In this document: piece by piece, positions 38,201 through 48,707 of the stretch
How the letters are laid out: each line of letters starts with the position of its first letter
Numbering within the stretch: the first letter of the stretch is position 1
From: Rhizaria sp. SCN 62-66
Lineage: Eukaryota
Reading direction: 5' to 3'
DNA: 61,529 bases
Assembly (NCBI GenBank): GCA_001724265.1
Contig: MEDY01000152.1
Coordinates: forward strand, 1 to 61,529
The notes under the pieces: generated by a model
The model's database searches: none
What the model saw: the letters and a program-made list of their open reading frames with translations, nothing else
Told to the model about the DNA's origin: nothing
Made by a program: the position numbers and the translations under genes

Positions 38201-41200
38201 GATGCCGTCACAGCCTACGACGCTGCATCGCCGTTGTCACGCACAGGCAACGCATGCGATGCGCACATTACCAATCAGGCCGCTCGCCACGCACGTGTGC
38301 CGACACGGCGCCCTGCGCCTCCTGCTGTTGCCGGTGTATCGCCCGCAGGCGTCACGGCGTCCGTGGCCTCTGTCCCGCTGCCCGCGGCCGTGAGTGTCGA
38401 CGGCGTCAGGCTGTGCTCCCATACTGACTTGTTCCTTCGCGTCGTGTCCTCAGCGGCCTCCGCTGTGCGGGGTGGCGACCACAGGCTGGCTCGCTTCCTC
38501 GCGCCTCTGATTATGCAGTTTCTCTCTCTGCATGCATCTGACGAAGGCGCCGAGCACCTGGGCGTATTACGCGCTGTCAATACGCCTACACATCCGACGA
38601 CCGCTGTCCCGAGCACAGCTAGCGCCGCTACTTCGACACAGTCCGGAGGCCAAAGCAGCACGCCCATCAGCGCAAGCGTAGGGCCTGCTGAAATGCAACA
38701 ACGCGCCCGAAGCGGTGGCAACGGTGGTGGCGGCAATGGCTCTTTGTCACCGTTCGGCCAGGCTCGGTCACCCGTCGGCGGTGCGCATGCGTTGCTCTCT
38801 CATCTCTCCCCAGCACAGCAGCAGCGTGTGAGTGCCTTTACTGCTTCGGCCAACGCGAATGCGGCCTCAGCAACAGCGGCTGCTACAGCAGCGAGCGCGT
38901 CATAGTCTACTGCAAGCGGTTTAACGTCTGATGTGACCGCAGAGTCGGATGCATATCTGTACGGTGCGCATACGCCTGATCCGTACCCGGGTCCACCGCT
39001 CTATTTATCGTATGCGGCTGCGACTTCCGCAGCCTCCGCCGCAGCGGCCGCGCACTCGATTGTTCTTTCATCTGCTTTGCTTAGTCCTGCGTCTAGCGCT
39101 GGTTCGAGCAACAACACGAATGATGGAACGAAAAACTCGCTCACTGTCGCATCTCCACCGTTGACTGGTCACGGACGCACATCCGCTGCCTCTAATCCGT
39201 CACTGGCGTCCACGTCTGCACCTGCGGCTGAAAGATCGGAGGTGTCCGCTGCAGCTGCAGAGGCAGCGGCTAAAAGTGCCGCCATTGTCAGTGCTGCGCT
39301 GAGCGAGCTGGGCCCGTTCCGCATGCTCAGTGGCCTAACCTTCTTCGACATCGCGCTGATTCGCGCGCGGTTGGAGATTATGACGGTCGTTCGGCTTGCA
39401 GCCGGGATGTCGCTGCCAACATGCACAGAACCAGGTGGGTATTTGCACGCGGTGAGTCGGCGTGCAATGGAGGCCAATGTTGAAGCTGTGATTATGCGAC
39501 TTACCGCCGCTCTCTCAACCAGTAAATCCAAAGATTACAGTGATGGTGATAGCGATGCACGCGGCGGAGATGAAATGCACGATCGTGACAACGATCATCG
39601 CAACGACAACGGGGGTGCCAGCAATGCTCGCAGTGAACGCGCGCAGCGCGATCGCAATCTCCGCACGGCTACTCTTACACACAGCTCAACCATTGTTGCC
39701 GACATCGATGCCATCGCTGACGCACCCTTACGTAGCCTCATCTCATCCCTGCAGTCATCTCTTGCACTGCTGCGGGCCTTCTTCCCTCCGTTGCCGCATC
39801 CTGCCCCACGTCCGCCGGCATACATGCTGTCTTGCGCGTTTCTTGCGCTCGACATTGCCACCGCGCTAAACAGCTGGACCGCTGCTGCTGACTCCGCAAT
39901 CACAGTTGAACACTTTACGCGCGAAATTCGTGCTGCCATGGAAGCTGCAGCGGAAGCGAACACTCGCTACGCCCTGGAGTTTGACTACGACTTCACACCT
40001 GTACGCGCTATTGCGCCGCACTCGTTATGCCGCCCGCTCGCGGTGTACTACGCAGAGACCGAACTGCAACCTGCCACCGCTGCACAGTCTGGTCGCACAG
40101 GCAGTCTTCGTAACACTGGGGGTAAGGCACTCCCGTTGACGACCGCTGTCGAGGGCGCTGAACCGCTGTGGCTACCACTGCTCACAGTCTCCATCGCTGC
40201 AATTTCTAACGCTGCTACCCGCGCTCTCTGCGCCGGGACGAGCGCAAACGGCGCGAACGCGATTAACGCCACTACTTCTGCTGCTTCTAGTGGCAATGCT
40301 GAGACCGCATCTCAATCTGCATCTGGTCCTATTGTGTACATCACTGACGATCAAGTTCAACGCACGCGCTTTGGTGTGGTGACTCTTTTTGCAACCGCTC
40401 TCCCACGATCTGTCCTTTCTGCGGCAGCGTTACGCCTCGGGTCGCTCCCGCATGCGCTGTGGCACACCAACGCGATGCTCCGTGCCCGCACCAGCGACGC
40501 CCTGCGTGCCTCGCGCACTGCCCGCGGGCTAGGGCTTGACAGCGTGCTTAAGCCGGCCGTGTACGACGTCGGTATGGGTCCCGCAGCGCAGCTCAAAAAC
40601 CTCGGTGCGCTGCTGTGGAGTGATCTTACGCTGCTGCAGGACATTTACTCGAGCATGAATGCAGTTTCTGGTATTGAGGCAGTTGCTATGTTACGCGCAA
40701 GTGCTGGTGCAGCTTCTGCTACACCCTCTGCTAGCGTTACCTTGAGTGCGAACGGTAATTTATCGTTGAGTGGCACTAGCGGTAGCGTTAACGTTGGAGG
40801 ACCTCTCGGTCGCGGGACTAGTTGGGCAATGACTCGCGGGAGTTACAATGACGCAAGTGGCGACTTAAGCGGAATCCGCGCTCGCGTCAAGGACCTTGAG
40901 GTTGAGGGCGACTGGCGCGAGGCTGCTGTGCTGTACGGGTTTATCTTGTCAAAGGTGCCGCACGACCTGAAAGCTCATGAAGGCATGGTGCGCTGTCTGG
41001 TTGGGCTTGGCAACGTTGCTGCTGCAGCTGCACATGCGTCGTTTGTCATCTCCAGCATGCGCGCCGCGGCTGCATCTGCTGCTATGCGCCCGGCGCTGGT
41101 TGCCGCTGCGCTTCGCGCCAATCAGATTGTGCCGACTGAATTGTCATCGCCTTCGACGTCTCTGGCACGAACGCTGCCGTCACCCTTGTGGGGGTCACCA

Positions 41201-44200
41201 TCACCTACGGCGTCGGTGTCCAGCGTCATATCATGGCCTGACAACATCACAGCTCTTAGCAGCAAAAACAACGCAATCTTGGATGTTAGTGCCTACGACG
41301 CTGCTGCGTTCGCCGTTGCAGCACCTGCATTGGCGACAAGTTCTGCTAACAGTGATGTCGCCCGCATTGACAGCCACTCCAATAGCCAGTTTCTTGCTTT
41401 GCAAAGTGCTGCAGCTGAAGGTTTGTGGCGCCTGGGGCAGTGGGACCAAATTACTGAGTTCCTCCCTTCGCTCAACAACGACACGAGCTCTCGTCATAGC
41501 ATCAGTCGCGGGATCTCTAGCAGGAACATCTCTGTTTCGAGGAATCCCGCAAAACATAAATCCTCATTCTCCGATGCAACTTCGGTGCATTTGTCTTTGC
41601 CGCCACGGCTCTCGTCTTTCCCGTTGCTGTTGTCAACCGCAGTAACGGCGCTGCACACACGCGATCAACCTCTGTGGGTCGCTGCCTTGGATGATGCCTG
41701 TGTGGCCACACTCAGCCCGCTCGCCGCAGCGGCATCCACCCACGCGTCGGTTGTTGCAGCTTCTGCCGCCGCTGCTGCCGCGCCTGCTGAGGCTCGCCGC
41801 GCACTGACGAGCCTACACGTTCTTCAAGATCTTGCTTATGTCGCTGCTGCTGCCTCGAACACCTTTAGCAGTGGCACTTTGACAGGTGTCCGTGGGGGGA
41901 TGCTTGAGCTTCCAGCCGCAGAGTCGCTACGCACAGTTGTCGCTGCCGCAGACGCGGGCATCGACCCCGCTGCATGGGCCGCTGCGAGCGCCGCCTTTGT
42001 CCGGATTAAAGCATCTCGCACTGTTGGTGAGACTGCGAGCAATGTTGGTGTACAATCGTCTGTGTTTGTGCAGTGTCCCGCAACGGGAGCGCTTATTGTT
42101 GCCGCACCGTGCTTTGTGTCCCTGCGCGTGTTTCCGCCAGGATCTACGCTCACAGCTGTCACCGCCGCCATTGCGGCCGCATCGTCGGGACCCGTCTTCC
42201 CGCCGCAAGAGCTTTCGGCCGCTGGACCAGCGCTCGCCTCTGCTGCAGCGGCTGTCGCAGCGGTACTTCCGCTTAGTACAGCGTCGTGGGTGCGCTCTCT
42301 CGCGCACGAACTCGCTGGCACCTGGCGCTCGCGGCTTAGCTTCCTGTCAGCGCCTGGACGCGCCGCATTGCACAGCGCAGGCTCCGCGACGTCAGCCGCA
42401 GGCTTGACCGCTGCTGACGCTGGTGGCTCACCATCGTTTGTGCGCGGCTTGACTTATGACGACCGCGAGCTGCTTCTCAGCACCCACCGGACCGTCTTTG
42501 CCGAGCTTGGTCTTGCACTTGCGGTTGCGGGTACACAGGTCGTTTCATCGCAGCTTGCGCGCCGCTGTGGCAAGCTTGAAATTGCGTCAGCTAATATTGT
42601 TGCAGCGACTGTGGCCGTCACTGAAGGGATGCGCAGCGCGGCGCTTTTTGCACGCGTGGCAAGTACTGGACCTGCTGCCATTACTCGTGCTTTGAGCGGG
42701 AGTGGCAGTATGGGGGCAGTCGGGCTTGGTGCTGCTGGTGACAGTGAATCTGGTGCGCTTGAGAACGAAGGCACGTCCGCGCTTGCGTTTAGCCAGCTGC
42801 TCTCTGCTGCGACGACAGCGACAGCCGCTGCGACAAACACGGCTGCTAATGCAGCGGCAAATGCGATTGCCACAGGCGCCACAGCCACCGCGGCTGCTGC
42901 CGCTGCCGAGTCCGCAGCTGCACCTGCGGTAGCAACCGCCGCCGCAGCAGCGCGTGCCTGCCGCCGCCACTGTCGTGCGCGCCTTGCGCTGGCGTCGTGC
43001 GCATTCGAGTCTGCCTCGTTGCGCCACCAACAGGGCTCACAGCTACCTGCGATCTCGGCCCTCGAGGCAGAGACCGCGGCGCTTGAGCTGACACTGGCCG
43101 CCGCGCAAGCCTGGGTCTCCGCCGGTGGCGCTGCAGGCGCGGCGGGCGCTGCTTTCCCGCTGGCTCTTGAATTGCGGCTGCGACAGGCGCTCGTATATGG
43201 CCTCACTCTGCTTGGACAGTGGTTGATGCAGGCGCGCTTCCGTGAGGCCGCAGCCTCGTACGACTCATGGCTCAAAGCCATTGCGGTTGCTGAAGGCATG
43301 ACGCGTGTGCCTGAGCCCGCCACAACTGCTATTCCAGCCGTAACTGCGGCGCCAGCGCTTGCGGGTCCCGCGGCTGCTGCTGCCGCTGCTGCTGCGGCGG
43401 CTGCTGCAGGCGCAGCGGCGACGAGTGCAAGTCGCAGCAAGCGCGCAACCCCCGCCGGACCGGTGCCACCGTTTCCACCGTCTGCGACTCAGCAGCCTTC
43501 GCAGTCTCAACACACGCCATCACACCGCACTGGCCCCGGTGCCAGCGCGGCGGCTGCAGCGCTAGGCTGCCTCGCCGCGCGCCCGTCATCACTGTCGCCG
43601 CTTCCGTTCTTTCTGTTGGGACAGCACTACGACTCTCTGTGCCAAGCCAGCATGGCAGCTGCCGCGGCTGCTGCGGCCGCAGTTTTCACACGTGGGCGTA
43701 GCAGCGATGTTGATTCCAGTATCAATGGTGGCATGAGCGGTTACACAATGCAGACGATGACGTACTTGGCGCTCGCTGTGGGGAATCTGTGCACGGCGCT
43801 TGTGCAGAGTGATGCGTTATCGTCGGGCCGCATGGTGCTGAAGCACAACTCCATTGTTGCTCTGCCTTGGTGCGCGCCTCAGCCATTAGCTCAGGCGTCT
43901 TCCTCGTCTCGTAACAGTGCGGCGCCTAGCAGCTCTGCGTTGACTGGTGCTGGCGGAGTGCTCACAGGCGGCGATATCTGGGGCATCCACGATCACGAGA
44001 GCGACCCTTCTGTGGCATGTGCGCCTTTCTACGCTGCAGTTCACTCGACTGCTGTTCCCGCAGCGGCTGCAGCCGCTACAGCCGCGGCAACCGTGCTTGC
44101 ACACGCTGTGCAGGGCGACGAGGATGACTTCACTCTCGGTCTCCGCGTCGGCGGTGGTGACTACTACTCCAGCACTGCAGAGATTGTTTCATCTGGCTCT

Positions 44201-47200
44201 GCAGCACTCTCGGGTGCAGACAACAGCGGCGATGGTGGGAGTGGAGGCAGCGGGGGCAGCGGTCACAGTGACCGTGACCGCGCAGCTGCAGCAACGGCTG
44301 CTGCAACTGTGCTTCCGCTCGCCCTCCAGGCTCTACCGCGCGTCTTGACGCTGTGGTTTGACGCCACTACTGCCGCTGCAGCCGCTGCCACACGGGCTGT
44401 TACGCTTGCTCGCTCGGTCGCCACGTCTGCCGCGCATGCGGACGCCGTGCAGGACGACATGAAGCGCGCTGAAGCCGCTGCTGCGCGCGCCTCCTCCCGA
44501 GCTCCACAGCAACAACAGCAGCAGCAACAGCAACATCAGGGACTTCCTGCACCGCTGCTTGCGGCGAGCAGGGAGGCAAACCAACGGCAACAACAAACGG
44601 CGTCCGCATTGTACGACCTTGTTTTGCGCACGCCTTTGGTGCAGAACCCTGCCGCTGCCCGTCTTTTGGTGGCCGTACGGCGCCGCGTGGAGGCGCTTGC
44701 TGGAGAGCTTTCTCCGGCCGCGTTGTCGCCAAGCATGGAGCAGATCCTCTCTCGTCTTACGGACGGCTGCCGTAGCGCGGTGCCGGCGCCAGCAAGCGCG
44801 GAGGCCGCGGCCGTCAGTGACGCGATTCTCGCAACCAGTTCGAGTGTCGCGTCGCGCAGTCGCGACGGTGAGCGTGAACGTGAGCGTGAGCGTGATACTG
44901 AGCTCCGTGCCAGTGCGCTGCGCGCTGCCACAGGACTTGGATACGACGTAGGCCTCGTACTTGCAGACTTGTATCTGGCAGCAGCGCCCGCGCACACGCT
45001 CGCCGTCACGACGAAGCTGCTGTGCTCTATTGCATCAGGATACCCGCAGCAGACCCTATGGCGACTCGGTCCTCTGGGACTGCTTCTTACGAGCGGCAAC
45101 AATGCCTCAGCGCCCGGTGCAGCCGACAAGCTTGCTGGGCGCCTTGCCGCGGATGCAGTCGCTGCAGCTTCAGCCGCCACCTCACGCGGCGGTGCTGGTA
45201 CGCTATCTGCCTCGCTGAAGCTCGCGAGCCGCCTCTCTATCTCGGCCATCACATCGCTTGTGCAGCCCATTTCTGCCGCCATTGCTGCCGCACACTCATC
45301 CTCGAGCTCTGCCACCTCCGGGCTCGGCGGCGGCGCGTTTGGTGCACCGGGTGTGTTGAGTCATGGCGACACGCCAATGTCGCGCGTCAGCGTTGCACGG
45401 CACGTCATTGACACGATGGACTGGGCCGGGCTATTCGGCCCCGTTTCGCTGCATCTGCGCATGCACGCAACCAAAATGTTTGTCTTCCTGGCGCGCGTTG
45501 CCTCGGCCAACTACAGCCGGATTGACCGCAGTCTATATGAGATGGACCGCAAGAATGGGGTGGCAGTGGCAAGTTCGTATCGCAGCACTACCACACCCAA
45601 ACTGTCCGAGTTTTGTGCTAAGGTGAGTCGCCACGTTCAAATTGGGGCAGCAAATCTTGCTGCTGCGTCTAACAGTGGCTCATCTGCGAGCAGCAGTCGC
45701 AGCGTTGACACAAGTGCAGCGAGTCCGCATTTAGAGATTCCGACGCGATGCCCGCTTATGGTGCCGCTGCACCGGTGGTTTACCCCGCAGACTGCCCCCA
45801 CGACTGCGGTGTTGCCGTACGCGCCTGCGCCGATGCATTCCCACACCGGTGACAGTGGCGGCGGCAATGGCGGTCCCGAGGACAGCGCGTCGTCGCAGCA
45901 TGGGCGTTATGTCGGTGGCACTGGGTTCAATGGCGGCTTTGCAACAATGTACGCGTTCAACGACTCAGTCCTTATCCTCACCTCGAAAGAAGCGCCCAAG
46001 CGCCTCACAGTCATTGGCTCCGATGGCAGCTCTAATTACCTTCTTTGCAAGCGCGAGGCGCGCGGCGACATGCGCAAAGACCAGCGCCTGATGGATGTCG
46101 CTGCGCTTGTTAACATGGTTCTTAGCGCTGCCTCTGCGGGTCGCGACAGCAACAGCCTCAGTGCGAGCGCGGGTGATGACACCGCTGGCCTCACGCCTGC
46201 AGCTGGATGGAACGGAGCCAACTCGTTCACTGCGGTTGCGACAGGTGCAATGTCGGCTTCCGCTGCTGCGACTCTGGCTGCCTCAGCTGCTGCGAGTACT
46301 GCCGCCTCTGCCGCGGCCGCCACAGCCAGGGCTGCTGCGCTCACGTACAACGGCGTCAGCGGCAGTCAGCTGTCATTCCTGTTCAATGGCATTCGGCCGA
46401 CCGCCGAGTACGTGCGTTATCTCTCTGCGCGCGCAAGCATCGCCAATAGCGTCGCAATGGCGGCTGTGAACACGGTGCAGGCGCGCCGTCGCAGCCACCG
46501 CGCGGCTGCTCGCGGCGGTGGCGTGCAGGGTGGCGGTGGCAGCGGAAGTCTTTACCAGGCCGCTGTGGGCAACAACAGCGGTAGTAGCACCAGCAGCAGC
46601 AGTTACGGCGGTGGTAATGGCGGCAACGCAGGTGACGGACTCGATCTCGGCGACGGTGGCGATCACGACGCCGACACTGCATCCCTGCAGGAGGACCCCT
46701 TGCGTACGTACGCTGTGCTTGTGCTCACGACCTCCGACGACCAAGTTCACGCGCTTCCGCGCACACACCAGGCCACAGCGGCCGACACTGCGGCGCTGCC
46801 GGGCCACAGCGTGTCCTCTGGTGGCGTGCAGGTGTTCCGCGACCCGCTCGTGCAGTCGTTCAACGCGACTAAGCTTGATGGCGGGTGTGCCGTGTGCGAG
46901 TGGGTGCCTTACACCAAATCACTTCGTAGCATCGTGATGCGGCAAGAGTCCGTCTCGCGCGGCCGCTCTCGCACGCTCGGTGAGATCCACAGGCGCTTTT
47001 TTGCACCGTCGAATGAGCCTGAGCTCGCGATGCTGAACCCCGTGGAGAAGTACCGGGTCATCTGTCGCATGTGCCCGCCGGTGATGCACCAATACTTTGC
47101 AACCAGGCGCTGGGGGCGCGCCGCTGCGGACAACGAGGCCCTCGTCGCAAGCGGTTCGGGCTACGGCGTGTACCAGGGAGGGTGTGGCGGAGACCCGGAG

Positions 47201-48193
47201 GCGTGGCTCAACGCCGTCCGTCTTTTCACCACCACGGCCGCAGCGTGGTCGGTCCTTGGCGGCATTGTTGGCCTTGGTGATCGTCACACCGAGAACATCC
47301 TCATCGACACGAGCTCTGGTCAGGTCGTGCATGTCGACTTCGACGTCGTGTTCCTCAAGGGTGAGAGCCTCAAGGTGCCTGAAGTCGTTCCTTTCCGTCT
47401 CACGCCCAACATGATCGACACGATGGGAATCCTCGGTGTCGGTCTGCCTACAGTCACACGCGAAGACAGGCTCACGCCGACCATCACGCTTCCCGCTGCC
47501 GCAGGCGCCACTGCGGTCGCGCTGGCGGCCGACGCCGCTGCAGCGGCCTCACGTCCTGCCCCTGCCTCTGCGTTCTGGGAAGACGTGACGCGCATTCTAG
47601 GCGTTAAATCCGCCGCTATAACCGCACCTAACGCTGCAGCTACCTCGCCTCCCAACAGTAGCAACAGCAGTGGGGGAATGCGAACTGGCACAGCCGGACC
47701 GAATGTCAACTCAACAACAGCCGCTGTCGCCGCCGTCGCCGCCACCGCGGCCGCGCCCGCTGCCCATGCACGCGGCGTGACAGGCTGGGGCAATGGGTCC
47801 CCGCTACCGGCTTTGGTGCCTGGCGCCGGGTGGGGCGTGCGCATCGACTCAGTCGGCGGGCGCGAGCGCGGCCCCTTCGTAAGGTCGTGCGAGCGCGTGC
47901 TGACTGCGATTCGCGTTCACGACCGTGCTCTGATGACGGCATTCCACACGCTGATCTACGACCCGCTGGTTGACTGGGGCATTTCGGGCGGTGAGCGCAC
48001 GGCGGGTGGCGCCGGTGCAGACGGTCAGCATCTGCAAGATGTTTTACGAGACTTAGAGCTGAGGATTCGCGGTGTGCTGCGCCGCGGCGCGCCAGCGCTG
48101 TCGGTGACTGGCCACGTGCAGCAGTGGATTCAGGAGGCCACGGATCACTATAGGCTTGGTGTGATGTACATCGGGTGGATGGCGTGGATCTAA
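11294..48193 (+). CDS. ATR: Giant ATR/Mec1/Rad3-family PIKK kinase; single 36.9-kb reading frame, 12,299 aa, with two in-frame TAGs
   Basis: Track ORFs 11294..13228, 13241..38905 and 38933..48193 share one frame and are separated only by TAG plus 4 or 9 sense codons. ATR-type motifs: FWRAFTLEEQQLLQPLLAATY, EEWACRWVYRL, DHRLARFLAPLI (before TAG 38903); LPRSVLSAAALR..ALWH, DLEVEGDWREA, EGLWRLGQWD, ALPRVLTLWFD (FAT); PKRLTVIGSDG..LCK..DMRKDQRLM, LRTYAV, EWV, GLGDRHTENIL, VHVDF, VPEVVPFRLTPNM (kinase); LSVTGHVQQWIQEATD..MYIGWMAWI-TAA (FATC). The exact start and inclusion of the first 644 aa are less certain than the C-terminal identity. Confidence 0.88.
13226..13228 (+). other. In-frame TAG within a Gln run (inferred Gln)
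   Basis: ATG CAG CAA CAA TAG CAA AGT = M-Q-Q-Q-*-Q-S. Confidence 0.85.
38903..38905 (+). other. In-frame TAG between ATR-homologous blocks (inferred Gln)
   Basis: GCG TCA TAG TCT ACT (A-S-*-S-T). Colinear ATR similarity lies both upstream (~38030-38525) and downstream (~40400 onward). Confidence 0.88.
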
Positions 48194-48707
48194 TCAGCCA
48201 GAGATGAAAGCAAATTCCATCACATATGTTGACATGTGCATCGGAACGATTTATAATTATTTGAGCAGGTCACACATGAGATGTGTATTTGTGAATGATT
48301 TAAATTTACTTTATGATATTTAGCGATAGAAACTACTTTAAAATACATTGATTGACTCGAAAAATACCCGTCATTGAACTTGAACAATGTGAAATGTGGT
48401 ATTCGGAGCAATGGCAAAATGCTTTTTGTCGACCACGAACAACGAGACAAGCGAGTCGGTCGACTCGACTGAGACAGGAGGGCATCGGGCAAACTTCGCA
48501 CTATGTTTTCGGCATCATAAGTCCGATACTTGGCTCTGTTATTGAGGGTATATATATTTACACGCAGCATTAATTTCTGTTTTTTAATTACTACCCATAA
48601 ATACACGCTCTGACTCCTGATAACCTACGCTTAAAAAACACCGTCGTTTTTTGTTGCTCTTCGCGCCCTCTTCACTATGCCTGTCTTGTGTGCCGCATTC
48701 CCAGGCC

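Noticed and set aside
13362-48037. Numerous short overlapping ORFs within the ATR frame on both strands
   Set aside because: Expected off-frame and antisense ORFs in GC-rich coding DNA; none shows an independent domain signature.
11294-48193. Pseudogene, or three separate genes, at the ATR locus
   Set aside because: No frameshifts and no TAA/TGA in 36.9 kb; catalytic motifs are intact; gaps after the TAGs are only 12 and 27 nt, in frame, with no intergenic character; ATR homology flanks TAG 38903.
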